Assembly (NCBI GenBank): GCA_046292785.1
Contig: JBKBQB010000006.1
Coordinates: 30,530 to 94,529, forward strand
DNA: 64,000 nt
Source of the DNA: Paracoccaceae bacterium
GTDB lineage: Bacteria > Pseudomonadota > Alphaproteobacteria > Rhodobacterales > Rhodobacteraceae
Direction: 5' to 3'
Shown here: positions 9,517 to 18,669 of the stretch, piece after piece
Layout: every line of letters begins with the position of its first letter
Numbering within the stretch: the stretch's first letter is position 1
Program-made: the position numbers and the translations under genes
The notes under the pieces: generated by a model
What the model saw: the letters and a program-made list of their open reading frames with translations, nothing else
What the model was told of the DNA's origin: nothing
Databases searched by the model: none

Positions 9517-9541
9517 GGAACCCACCCCGGTCGGCCGCGTT
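9517..9541 (+). promoter_or_regulatory. EcfG-type (general stress sigma) promoter GGAAC-N16-CGTT
   Basis: GGAAC 9517-9521, 16-nt spacer, CGTT 9538-9541; 65 nt upstream of a general-stress-protein-26-like gene. Confidence 0.45.
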
Positions 9542-9605
9542 GACGCTGTGACCGGGCGCAAATGCCCCAAGCGCCCCTGCCAATTCACAAAACAAGAGGT
9601 TTCTC

Positions 9606-10064
9606 ATGCTGGTCGACAAATTCTGGAAAGAAATGGAAGCTGTGCATTCCGCCATGCTGGCTGTTGGCGATGCCCGCCATGTGCCGATGTCGCCCTATGC
9701 ACGTCACGAAGATCGTGCGATCTGGTTCATCACCGCACACGGCACCGCGATGGTGGAGGCACTGGCAAACGGCAGCGCCGAGGCGTCATTGATCGTAACC
9801 GGCGAAAGCAATATCCACGCCCGGATCGAGGGCGCCGCCGAAATCGTTCAAGATCGCGCCAAGCTGGAAGAGCTGTGGAACACCATCGCCAGCAGCTGGT
9901 TTGACAGCGTGGACGATCCCGACATCCGCCTGATCCGCATGACCCCCGCCAATGCCGAGGTCTGGCTGACATCGGGCGCGCTTGGTTTCGCGTTCGAATT
10001 GGTGAAATCCAAGGTCACCGGCGACAAGCCGGACATGGGCGAACACTTCTCACTCAGCTTCTGA
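9606..10064 (+). CDS. pyridoxamine 5'-phosphate oxidase-like / general stress protein 26 family protein
   Basis: Size and pattern (AMLAV...PMSPY...IWFIT...AKLEELWN...W) typical of the GSP26/PNPOx-like split-barrel family; RBS AAGAGG upstream. Confidence 0.75.
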   Translation: MLVDKFWKEMEAVHSAMLAVGDARHVPMSPYARHEDRAIWFITAHGTAMVEALANGSAEASLIVTGESNIHARIEGAAEIVQDRAKLEELWNTIASSWFDSVDDPDIRLIRMTPANAEVWLTSGALGFAFELVKSKVTGDKPDMGEHFSLSF

Positions 10065-10136
10065 CACCCTGTTTCGACCGCCGACCGGAAGCCATGTTCG
10101 GCCTTTGGTCGGCGCAAAGCGCCGCGCATCCGCGTC

Positions 10137-10170
10137 ATGACGTAAGCCTTACGTAAGCCATACGCAAATC
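10137..10170. promoter_or_regulatory. overlapping palindromes / 11-bp-phased direct repeats ACGTAAGCC upstream of the RHH gene
   Basis: ACGTAAGCC at 10140 and 10151, ACGCAAATC at 10162; ACGTAAG-C-CTTACGT (10140-10154) and CTTACGTAAG (10148-10157) are palindromic. Confidence 0.3.
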
Positions 10171-10241
10171 CGACCCGCGCCACACCCCAAATCCCCCGCT
10201 GCCCCGTTGCATGGCGGCGCGCAGCCGATAGACTGCGGTGC

Positions 10242-10460
10242 ATGACACCGCGCCCCGCCAAACACTCCCTTACCCTGCACGGCCACCGCACCAGCGTCTC
10301 GCTGGAGCCCAGCTTCTGGGACGCGTTCCGGGCCATCGCCGCCGAACAGGGCGAAACGGTCAACGCCCTTGCCACCCGGATCGATGCAGCGAGGCAGGGC
10401 GACGAAGGGCTGGCCTCGGCCATCAGGGTCTTTGTTTTGCAGCATTATCGCGGCAAATAG
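10242..10460 (+). CDS. ribbon-helix-helix domain protein (RHH_4-like)
   Basis: 72 aa; [26 protein letters not shown]...LATRID pattern of small RHH proteins. Confidence 0.7.
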   Translation: MTPRPAKHSLTLHGHRTSVSLEPSFWDAFRAIAAEQGETVNALATRIDAARQGDEGLASAIRVFVLQHYRGK

Positions 10461-10531
10461 GCGATTCCCGCACTGGAAGCGCGCAGCGGCTTGCGCTATT
10501 GCCAGATCACCCAACCCTCAGGGAGAGTTCC

Positions 10532-11200
10532 ATGAAAGCCGCTGTCATCACCTTTCCCGGTTCGAATTGCGACCGTGATCTGGCTTCGGCGTTCGAACAG
10601 GCGGGCTTCCACGTCTCGCGCGTGTGGCACAAGGATACCCAGTTGCCGCACGGTGTGGATGTGGTCGGCGTGCCGGGTGGCTTCTCATTTGGCGATTACC
10701 TGCGCTGCGGCGCCATCGCCGCCCAATCCCCCATCGCCCCCGCCATCCAGTCCCACGCAAAGGCCGGCGGCTATGTGCTGGGCATCTGCAACGGCTTTCA
10801 GGTGTTGACAGAAATGGGCCTGCTGCCCGGTGTGCTGATGCGCAATGCAGGGTTGAAATTCGCGTGCAAAACCGTGGCCTTGCGGGTCGAGACCACCAAT
10901 AGCGCCTTCACCAGCGCTTACGGGCGTGGTCAGGAAATCCGCATCCCGATCGCCCATCACGACGGAAATTACACCATTGATGCGGAAGGGCTGGCCCGCC
11001 TGCAAGACACAGACCGTATCGCGTTTACCTACGCCCGGAACCCCAACGGATCGATGGCCGACATCGCCGGTGTGCTGTCGGACAACCGCCGCGTGCTGGG
11101 CATGATGCCCCATCCCGAACGCGCGTGTGAGCCGGTTCACGGCGGCACCGATGGCGCGGGAATGTTCCGCGCGCTGATGGGCGGGATGGCGCTTGCCTGA
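10532..11200 (+). CDS. purQ: phosphoribosylformylglycinamidine synthase subunit PurQ (glutaminase)
   Basis: [16 protein letters not shown], nucleophile context GICNGFQ, MMPHPER; RBS GGGAGAG before ATG 10532; the upstream part of ORF 10238-11200 is discarded. Confidence 0.9.
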   Translation: MKAAVITFPGSNCDRDLASAFEQAGFHVSRVWHKDTQLPHGVDVVGVPGGFSFGDYLRCGAIAAQSPIAPAIQSHAKAGGYVLGICNGFQVLTEMGLLPGVLMRNAGLKFACKTVALRVETTNSAFTSAYGRGQEIRIPIAHHDGNYTIDAEGLARLQDTDRIAFTYARNPNGSMADIAGVLSDNRRVLGMMPHPERACEPVHGGTDGAGMFRALMGGMALA

Positions 11201-11247
11201 CCACCCCCGGCTTGAGACGGCTTTGGCCACAGCCTAGAGTCGCGCGC

Positions 11248-13017
11248 ATGGCACAGACACGGCCCCCTTTTGACCAGACCGAGGACGCGCAGGGGATATC
11301 CTGGCGCGTCAAACTGGTTATCGCGCTGATGGTTGTGCTGGCTATCGGCGTGGTGCTGGTCACCAACCGCTGGCTGACCGAGCGATTCTCGGAGACCACG
11401 CGCAACCGGGCCGATCTGCGGCTGGCGCTCTATTCGGGCAACATGATTTCCGAATTACAGCGCACATCGGTGGTGCCGCTTTTGCTGTCAACCGACCCCG
11501 CCTTTGCCGAAGCGTTGCGAAACAGCAATTTTTCACAGACATCCCAACGTCTTATCAAGGTGCAATCCGAAATCGGCGTGGCCTCGATCATGCTGATGGA
11601 CCGCGAGGGCCGGGTGGTGGGCGCCACCAATCGCAACCTGCTGGGCACGCTGTACCGGACCGAAAGTTTCTACGTCGACGCCCTGCGCGCCAAGGACACG
11701 ATCTTTACCGCCGCCCGTCGCGGCACGGCGGGGTTTGATTTCACCTATTCGCGCTCGATCCTTGTTGATGGCCGCCCGGTGGGCGTGATCGCGGTGGCGG
11801 TCGATCTGATGAAATACGAACGCGCCTGGGCCGGGTTTCAGGATGCGGTGCTGGTGACCGACAGCGAAGGCACGGTCATTCTGGCAACCGAACCGCGCTG
11901 GCGCGGCTTGCCTTTGTCCGAGGCGCTGGCGGTGCGCGAAGAACGCTCCGCCATCGGGCGGGCGCTGCAAGCCACCGCCGACTGGGCCCAAAACCCGCCC
12001 GACGCCTATCTGGCCGGACAGGCCGTGATGAAAACCGAGGCCCGCGTGCCGTTTCGTGGTTGGCGGATGGTGACCTATACGGCTTACGATTCCGTGCGCG
12101 AACGGGTCAACGGTGTGCTGGCGCTGGAGATCATGGGCTTTGCCATCCTGCTGGCGCTGACCTTTTATGTGCTGTCGCGCAAGGCGTGGTCGCAAAGCAT
12201 GAGTTTTCAACGGGAATCTGCTGAATTGCGCCTGCTCAACGCCCGCCTGCAACGCGAGATTGCCGAGCGTGAAAAGGTGCAGAAGGATCTTGCTGTGGCC
12301 GAACTGACGCTGGCGCAATCGTCTAAACTGGCGGCGCTGGGCGAGATGTCGGCGGCGGTCAGCCACGAGTTGAACCAGCCTTTGGCCGCGATGAAAACCT
12401 ATCTGGCCGGCGCGCGCCTGCTGTTGCAGCGCCGCCGGCCCGAGGAGGCGTTGTCATCGTTCCAGCGCATCGACGATCTGATCGAGCGCATGGGCGCGAT
12501 CACCCGGCAGTTGAAATCCTATGCCCGCAAGGGTGGCGAGGCATTCGAGCCGGTCGATCTGCGTCAGGCGCTGAGTTCTGCCCTGTCGATGATGGAACCG
12601 CAGCTCAAGGCCCGCGTGGTCAAGATCACCCGCACCCTGCCCCGCCAGCCGGTGATGGTGCTGGCCGACCGCATCCGGTTGGAGCAGGTGATCATCAACC
12701 TGCTTCGCAACGCGCTGGACGCGACCAAGGACCGCCCCGGCCCGCAGATCGATCTGATCCTGAGCCAAGGCGATACCGCGATGTTGCTGGTGCGTGACAA
12801 CGGCCATGGCATTGCCGAACTCGACAGTCTTTTCGAGCCCTTCTACACAACCAAGAAACCCGGCGAAGGCGTGGGCCTTGGCCTTGCCATCTCGTCAGGC
12901 ATCGTGGGCGATCTGGGCGGCCGTCTGACCGCGCGCAACGCGACTGGCGGCGGCGCGGTATTTGAAATGCAATTGCCTCTTTTGGGGCCGATAAAAGAGC
13001 AGGAAGCTGCGGAATGA
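11248..13017 (+). CDS. DctB-like sensor histidine kinase (periplasmic Cache-type sensor + HisKA + HATPase)
   Basis: Two TM segments flanking a roughly 270-aa sensor region, H-box AAVSHELNQPL, N/G boxes NLLRNALDA, DNGHGI, GEGVGLGLAIS. Confidence 0.85.
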   Translation: MAQTRPPFDQTEDAQGISWRVKLVIALMVVLAIGVVLVTNRWLTERFSETTRNRADLRLALYSGNMISELQRTSVVPLLLSTDPAFAEALRNSNFSQTSQRLIKVQSEIGVASIMLMDREGRVVGATNRNLLGTLYRTESFYVDALRAKDTIFTAARRGTAGFDFTYSRSILVDGRPVGVIAVAVDLMKYERAWAGFQDAVLVTDSEGTVILATEPRWRGLPLSEALAVREERSAIGRALQATADWAQNPPDAYLAGQAVMKTEARVPFRGWRMVTYTAYDSVRERVNGVLALEIMGFAILLALTFYVLSRKAWSQSMSFQRESAELRLLNARLQREIAEREKVQKDLAVAELTLAQSSKLAALGEMSAAVSHELNQPLAAMKTYLAGARLLLQRRRPEEALSSFQRIDDLIERMGAITRQLKSYARKGGEAFEPVDLRQALSSALSMMEPQLKARVVKITRTLPRQPVMVLADRIRLEQVIINLLRNALDATKDRPGPQIDLILSQGDTAMLLVRDNGHGIAELDSLFEPFYTTKKPGEGVGLGLAISSGIVGDLGGRLTARNATGGGAVFEMQLPLLGPIKEQEAAE

Positions 13018-13024
13018 GGGTGCC

Positions 13025-14353
13025 ATGTCGCGCGCAATGAAAGTGGCCATCGTCGATGACGAGGCCGATATGCGTCAATCCATCAGCCAATGGCTGGCCC
13101 TGTCTGGCTTTGACACCGAAACCTATGCCAGTGCCGAAGAGGCGCTAAAGGGCATCGGCGCCGATTTCGCCGGCGTGGTCGTCAGCGACATCAAGATGCC
13201 GGGGATGGATGGCATGGCCTTCCTCAAGCGCCTGATGAGCATGGATTCGGGCCTGCCTGTCATCATGATCACCGGGCATGGCGATGTGCCGATGGCGGTC
13301 GAGGCGATGCGGGTCGGCGCCTATGATTTTCTGGAAAAGCCGTTCAACCCCGACCGAATGACGGAACTGGCCAAAAAGGCAACCCAGGTGCGCCGGCTGA
13401 CGCTGGACAACCGGGCGCTGCGCCGGGAATTGTCGGATGGCTCGGTCCTGATGAAAAAGCTGATCGGCGGCAGCCCGGTGATGGAACGCCTGCGCGAAGA
13501 TATCCTCGATCTGGGACAGGCCGACTCCCATGTTCTGATCGACGGAGAAACCGGCACCGGCAAGACGCTGGTCGCCCATGCGCTGCATGCGGTCGGGCCG
13601 CGAGCGTCAAAGAAATTCGTCACGATCTCCTGCGCGGCGTGGTCCGAAGATCAGCTTTCCACAAAACTGTTCGGTCCGGCCGAGGATGGCACGATCCCGT
13701 TGACCGAAGAAGCCCGCGGCGGCACGCTGTGCCTTGAGGATGTCGAGGCGCTGAGCCACGCCTTGCAAGCCCGCCTGCTGACCCTGATCAACGAGTCGGG
13801 CGCTCCGCCGGAAACCCGGATCATTGCGATCTGCAACGAACACGTCGCCGACAAGACGCTGGAGGATATCCTGCGCGCCGATCTGTTCTACCGGCTGGGT
13901 GCCATGACCATCCTTGCCCCGCCATTGCGCGCGCGCGGCGAAGATATCCTGACCCTGTTTACCCGTATGTCGGAACAGTTTGCCGAAGAATACGGCTGCG
14001 ACGCGCCGCAGGTCACCGCACAAGAGGCGGCGCAACTGTTGCAGGCGCCATGGCCCGGCAATGTGCGCCAGCTGGTCAACATCGCCGAGCGCGCCGTGTT
14101 GCAGAACCGGCGTGGGTCGGGCTCCATCGCCAGCCTGCTGATGGCCGACAACGAGGCGTCAGGCCCGGCGATGACGACCGAAGGCAAGCCGCTGAAGGAA
14201 TATGTCGAAAGTTTCGAGAAAATGCTGATCGACAACACCATGCGCCGCCACAAGGGCAGCATCGTGGCCGTGATGGACGAATTGTGCCTGCCGCGCCGGA
14301 CGCTGAATGAAAAGATGGCGAAATATGGATTGCAGCGGCAAGATTACACCTGA
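13025..14353 (+). CDS. NtrC/DctD-family response regulator (REC + AAA+ + Fis-type HTH) with degenerate GAFTGA region
   Basis: REC domain (VAIVDDE...DIKMPGMDG), Walker A GETGTGKT, C-terminal HTH; the segment KLFGPAEDGTIPLTEEARGGTLCLEDV is shorter than canonical ELFGHEKGAFTGA...GGTLFLDEI. Confidence 0.85.
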   Translation: MSRAMKVAIVDDEADMRQSISQWLALSGFDTETYASAEEALKGIGADFAGVVVSDIKMPGMDGMAFLKRLMSMDSGLPVIMITGHGDVPMAVEAMRVGAYDFLEKPFNPDRMTELAKKATQVRRLTLDNRALRRELSDGSVLMKKLIGGSPVMERLREDILDLGQADSHVLIDGETGTGKTLVAHALHAVGPRASKKFVTISCAAWSEDQLSTKLFGPAEDGTIPLTEEARGGTLCLEDVEALSHALQARLLTLINESGAPPETRIIAICNEHVADKTLEDILRADLFYRLGAMTILAPPLRARGEDILTLFTRMSEQFAEEYGCDAPQVTAQEAAQLLQAPWPGNVRQLVNIAERAVLQNRRGSGSIASLLMADNEASGPAMTTEGKPLKEYVESFEKMLIDNTMRRHKGSIVAVMDELCLPRRTLNEKMAKYGLQRQDYT

Positions 14354-14419
14354 TCCCGTCGCGATCCTGTTACATTGACAGGGGTAAGCACGGCGGGAAA
14401 ACCCGGAAAGGTGCCCGCC

Positions 14420-15337
14420 GTGAACACCCAAGACAATTCCCCCGCTCAAGACTGGCTGCAGGCCGAACTGGCCGACACCTTTGACGAGGATTTCGAGCTG
14501 GAGCTGGAAGATGCCCAGCTGTCGCTGGAAATTTCGCGTATCTACAAGGAAAAGCACCCGAACACGATTGACCGGCACGAATATTTCCATGCGCTGATCC
14601 GGATGCAGTCGGAGCTGATCAAGCTGCAGGATTGGGTGCAGTATCACAAGAAAAAGGTTGTGGTGCTTTTTGAAGGCCGGGACAGCGCCGGCAAGGGCGG
14701 CGTGATCAAGCGGTTGACCCAGCGGCTCAATCCGCGTGTCGTGCGCACGGTCGCGCTTCCGGCGCCTTCCGACCGCGAAAAATCGCAGTGGTATTTTCAG
14801 CGCTATGTGCCCCACCTGCCCGCAGGCGGCGAGATCGTGCTGTTTGACCGCAGCTGGTACAACCGCGCCGGGGTGGAGCGTGTGATGGGCTTTGCCACCG
14901 AGGATCAGGTGGAGCAATTCTTTCACGACGTGCCGGAGTTCGAGCGGATGCTGGTGCGCTCTGGCATCACGGTGATCAAATACTGGTTCTCGATCACCGA
15001 CGAGGAACAGCAGATGCGGTTCCTCATGCGGATCCACGATCCGATGAAGCAGTGGAAACTGTCGCCGATGGATCTGCAAAGCCGGGTGCGGTGGGAGCAG
15101 TATACCAAGGCGAAAGAGGAGATGATGGCGCGCACCAACATTCCCGAGGCGCCGTGGTATATCGTGGAAGGCAATGACAAGAAGCGCGCGCGGCTGAACT
15201 GCATCGACCATCTGCTGGGCCTGATCCCCTATGAAGCCGTGCCGCATGAAGAGGTTCAGCTGCCCGAACGCGTGTTCAATCCGTCCTATGAGCGCGCCGT
15301 TCTGCCGCCAGAGCTTTACGTTCCGGCCAAATACTGA
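14420..15337 (+). CDS. ppk2: polyphosphate kinase 2 family protein
   Basis: FEGRDSAGKGG Walker-like motif, FDRSWYNRAGVERVMGF; ORF opens at TTG 14375; GTG 14420 sits behind GGAAAGG. Confidence 0.85.
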   Translation: MNTQDNSPAQDWLQAELADTFDEDFELELEDAQLSLEISRIYKEKHPNTIDRHEYFHALIRMQSELIKLQDWVQYHKKKVVVLFEGRDSAGKGGVIKRLTQRLNPRVVRTVALPAPSDREKSQWYFQRYVPHLPAGGEIVLFDRSWYNRAGVERVMGFATEDQVEQFFHDVPEFERMLVRSGITVIKYWFSITDEEQQMRFLMRIHDPMKQWKLSPMDLQSRVRWEQYTKAKEEMMARTNIPEAPWYIVEGNDKKRARLNCIDHLLGLIPYEAVPHEEVQLPERVFNPSYERAVLPPELYVPAKY

Positions 15338-15762
15338 CGCGCAGCAGCCAGTCGCCAGCCTTGCAAGGGCGACTTGCGCATAAATTGCCCATTGCCCTTG
15401 CTCTGGCTTTACCGCTAGGGTTGGGGGGCATGGGTCAATTCCCTGCACGGAATTCTCTGCCTGTCATGGCCGACGCGATGCAACGCGACGCGCGGACAAG
15501 CAGCCGGATCGGCCGCAAGGCTGTTGTCATTGCCCGCAAGTCTTTGGACGCACGGGCTTTTTGAAGGTGGGGGGCTTGCCGCCCCTCAGACGTGAACCGC
15601 GATGACGCGCGCGACAAAGACGATAGACGGCGTGGGGTGCCCAATGGGCATTCTGCCGTCACGCCTGACGCGCACGCCCGCCCGAACAAGACGCCTCAGC
15701 CCGTATCAATCCCCCTCCGGTCCGCCGGGGGGATTGCTGCGGTGCAGGCGCAATGGAATGAT
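15338..15762 (+). promoter_or_regulatory. long structured leader upstream of rne
   Basis: 425 nt without a credible ORF; hairpins AGTCGCC...GGCGACT (about 15350-15376) and ATCCCCC...GGGGGAT (about 15705-15735) just before the start codon. Confidence 0.4.
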
Positions 15763-18486
15763 ATGGCCAAGAAAATGCTTATTGACGCCACCCACCCCGA
15801 GGAAACTCGGGTTGTGGTGGTCGACGGAAACAAGGTCGAGGAATTTGACTTTGAAACCGTCAACAAACGCCAGCTTGCCGGCAACATCTACCTTGCCAAG
15901 GTAACGCGGGTTGAACCGTCGCTTCAGGCGGCCTTTGTCGATTACGGCGGCAACCGGCACGGATTTCTGGCATTCGCCGAAATCCACCCCGATTACTACC
16001 AGATCCCGGTCGCAGACCGCAAAGCGCTGATCGAAGAAGAACGCGCCTATGCCCGTGCCGAGGAAGAGGAAGAAAATCGCCGGTCACGCAAACGCGCGCC
16101 CCGGCCAAAACCTGCGGCCGAGACCGCGCAGACCCAAGATGCCGTGACCTCTGGTCCGGCTGGCATGGATGTGGTGGATCTGGACGACGAGCAGGATACC
16201 GAAACCCCGGTCAGCGACACCACGGGGCACGACCACACCGACCCTGCATCCAGCGGCGACCACGATCACGGGTCCGACCACGACAACAGCAATGGCGAAA
16301 CCGCGTATCGCGCCATGGACCATGCCTCGGACACCGACGACGAGATCGAGTCGATTGCCGAAGAGGACGTGGCCGAAGAAATCAGCGCCCCGCGCAAGCC
16401 CCGTGCCCGGCGCTACAAGATCCAGGAAGTGGTCAAGGTCCGCCAGATCCTGCTGGTGCAGGTGGTCAAGGAAGAACGCGGCAACAAGGGGGCTGCGCTG
16501 ACCACCTATCTGTCGCTGGCAGGCCGATACTGCGTTCTGATGCCCAACACCGCGCGTGGCGGCGGAATCAGCCGCAAGATCACCAATGCGGCGGATCGCA
16601 AGAAACTCAAAGACATCGCCTCGGAGATCGAAGTGCCGGAAGGCGCGGGCCTGATCGTGCGCACGGCGGGTGCCAAGCGCACCAAGGCGGAAATCAAGCG
16701 CGATTACGAATACCTGATGCGTCTGTGGGAACAGATCCGCGAGCTGACGCTGAAATCCATCGCGCCCGCCCCGATCTATGAAGAAGGCAACCTGATCAAA
16801 CGCTCGATCCGCGATCTGTATAACCGCGAGATCGACGAGGTTCTGGTGGAAGGCGAAGAAGGCTTCCGCACCGCGAAAGACTTCATGCGGATGATCATGC
16901 CCAGCCACGCCCGCGCCGTGCAGCGCTATGTGGAACCAACGCCACTTTTCGCCAAATATCAGGTCGAAGGCTATCTGGGCGGCATGTTCAACCCGACCGT
17001 GCAGCTGAAATCCGGCGGCTATATCGTGATCGGCATCACCGAGGCGCTGGTCGCCATCGATGTGAACTCGGGCCGGGCGACGAAAGAAGGCTCGATCGAG
17101 GATACCGCGCTGAAAACCAACCTGGAGGCCGCCGAAGAGGTGGCCCGCCAGTTGCGCCTGCGCGACCTTGCCGGTCTGATTGTGATCGACTTCATCGACA
17201 TGGAAGAGCGTCGCAACAACGCCGCTGTCGAGAAGAAGCTGAAAGACAAGCTGAAAACCGACCGCGCGCGGATTCAGGTTGGCCGCATTTCCGGCTTTGG
17301 CCTGATGGAGATGAGCCGCCAGCGTCTGCGCCCCGGCATGCTGGAATCCACCACCCAGCCCTGCCCGCATTGCCATGGCACCGGCCTGATCCGGTCTGAC
17401 GATTCCATGGCGTTGCAAGTTCTGCGCGCGCTGGAAGAAGAAGGCACACGCAAACGGTCTAAAGAGGTGCTGCTGCGCGCGCCGATCGGCATCATCAACT
17501 ACCTGATCAACCAAAAGCGCGAACACATCGCGCTGATCGAGGCCCGGTATGGCATGTCGGTGCGTCTGGAAGCGGACCCGTCGATGATCAGTCCTGATTA
17601 CACCATCGAGAAGTTCAAGACCGCGCTGCGTGTGGTTCCCGAACCGGGATCGGTAATTTCGGGCAATTCCAGCCTGATGGGCGCTGCGGTTGACGAGGAC
17701 GAAGACGAGGACCTGCCGATCGAAGACGATGTGGAAGACGAGGCCGAGGCCGAGTCGGAAGGGGAGACAGAGACCAAGGCCGAAGCTGCTGCCGATCCGC
17801 GCCAGGCCGACGGCAACGGCAAGAAAAAACGCCGTCGGCGTCGGCGTCGCAAAGGCGCAGGCCCGAACGGCACAGATGCCGAGGGCAACGCTTCGGATGA
17901 CGGCGACAGCGATGCGGAAGATGGCGACGACACGGATACAGGCGCAGCACAGGGTGACGCACCCTTGGCCGAGCCCGCCGCCGCTGAACCGGCAGCAGAG
18001 CCCCAAGCAGTCGAAGCAGAAGCGCCGAAAAAGCGCACCCGGACGCGCAAGCCGAAAGCCGCTCCGGTGGTCGATACCGAAGCTTCCGCAGCAGCGGTGC
18101 CTGCACCCGCAGCCGAGCCTGCCGCAGACGCGCCCGCTGAAGGTGTTGACGCACCGAAAAAGCGCACCCGCACCCGCAAGCCAAAGGTGACAGAGCCGGC
18201 AGTGGCAGCAGTGGCACCGGCAATTCCGGCGGCAGAGGTCATTGAACCCGCCCAGGCCCCTGAGCCTGTGCCTGTGCCTCAGGCCGTGCCAACCCCGGCC
18301 CCCCAACCCGAGGCGGTTGCACCACCGTCCGCGCCGGCACTGCGATCGTCATCCACGGATACACCCGCTGCGCCCCAGACCGCGCTTGCAGTGGACACCG
18401 GACTTGACGCAGCCCCTGCACCAGAAGCGGCCGAGGACGGCCCCAACAAGCCCAAGCGCAAGGGCTGGTGGTCACTGGGCCGCTGA
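15763..18486 (+). CDS. rne: ribonuclease E
   Basis: MAKKMLIDATHPEETRVVVVDGNKVEEFDFE S1-domain start, catalytic VAIDVNSGRAT, Zn-link CPHCHGTG; acidic insertion in the S1 region and Arg/Pro-rich C-terminal half. Confidence 0.9.
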   Translation: MAKKMLIDATHPEETRVVVVDGNKVEEFDFETVNKRQLAGNIYLAKVTRVEPSLQAAFVDYGGNRHGFLAFAEIHPDYYQIPVADRKALIEEERAYARAEEEEENRRSRKRAPRPKPAAETAQTQDAVTSGPAGMDVVDLDDEQDTETPVSDTTGHDHTDPASSGDHDHGSDHDNSNGETAYRAMDHASDTDDEIESIAEEDVAEEISAPRKPRARRYKIQEVVKVRQILLVQVVKEERGNKGAALTTYLSLAGRYCVLMPNTARGGGISRKITNAADRKKLKDIASEIEVPEGAGLIVRTAGAKRTKAEIKRDYEYLMRLWEQIRELTLKSIAPAPIYEEGNLIKRSIRDLYNREIDEVLVEGEEGFRTAKDFMRMIMPSHARAVQRYVEPTPLFAKYQVEGYLGGMFNPTVQLKSGGYIVIGITEALVAIDVNSGRATKEGSIEDTALKTNLEAAEEVARQLRLRDLAGLIVIDFIDMEERRNNAAVEKKLKDKLKTDRARIQVGRISGFGLMEMSRQRLRPGMLESTTQPCPHCHGTGLIRSDDSMALQVLRALEEEGTRKRSKEVLLRAPIGIINYLINQKREHIALIEARYGMSVRLEADPSMISPDYTIEKFKTALRVVPEPGSVISGNSSLMGAAVDEDEDEDLPIEDDVEDEAEAESEGETETKAEAAADPRQADGNGKKKRRRRRRRKGAGPNGTDAEGNASDDGDSDAEDGDDTDTGAAQGDAPLAEPAAAEPAAEPQAVEAEAPKKRTRTRKPKAAPVVDTEASAAAVPAPAAEPAADAPAEGVDAPKKRTRTRKPKVTEPAVAAVAPAIPAAEVIEPAQAPEPVPVPQAVPTPAPQPEAVAPPSAPALRSSSTDTPAAPQTALAVDTGLDAAPAPEAAEDGPNKPKRKGWWSLGR

Positions 18487-18505
18487 GGATACGCAAGCAC
18501 CAGAC

Positions 18506-18533
18506 GGGGGCGGCAGACAATCCTGCCGCCCCC
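18506..18533 (+). terminator. intrinsic terminator-like hairpin after rne
   Basis: Perfect 11-bp stem GGGGGCGGCAG / CTGCCGCCCCC, 6-nt loop, partly U-rich tail. Confidence 0.6.
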
Positions 18534-18669
18534 GCTCATTTCGCCCGAACCCGGTCACTTCGCCCAAACCTGATGCGATGTTTCACAAAGGCCACGCGCA
18601 TGTGACAGCCCGCCCCCGTGACGTGGGCGCAGGACCCAGCTATCAGTCCGGCAAAGGGGACAGAAAACC

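Noticed and set aside
15592-15762. N-terminal extensions of several track ORFs (rne from 15592, purQ from 10238, murG from 43970, ftsI from 53898, murD from 46546, rsmH from 54913, zeta from 23345, corrinoid protein from 25995)
   Set aside because: In each case a conserved family N-terminus with an RBS or a stop/start overlap lies further downstream. The extension is Arg/Pro-rich and overlaps the neighbouring gene or a structured leader.
16084-18306. 740-aa minus-strand ORF
   Set aside because: Antisense to rne, whose product carries unambiguous RNase E motifs. Shadow ORF.
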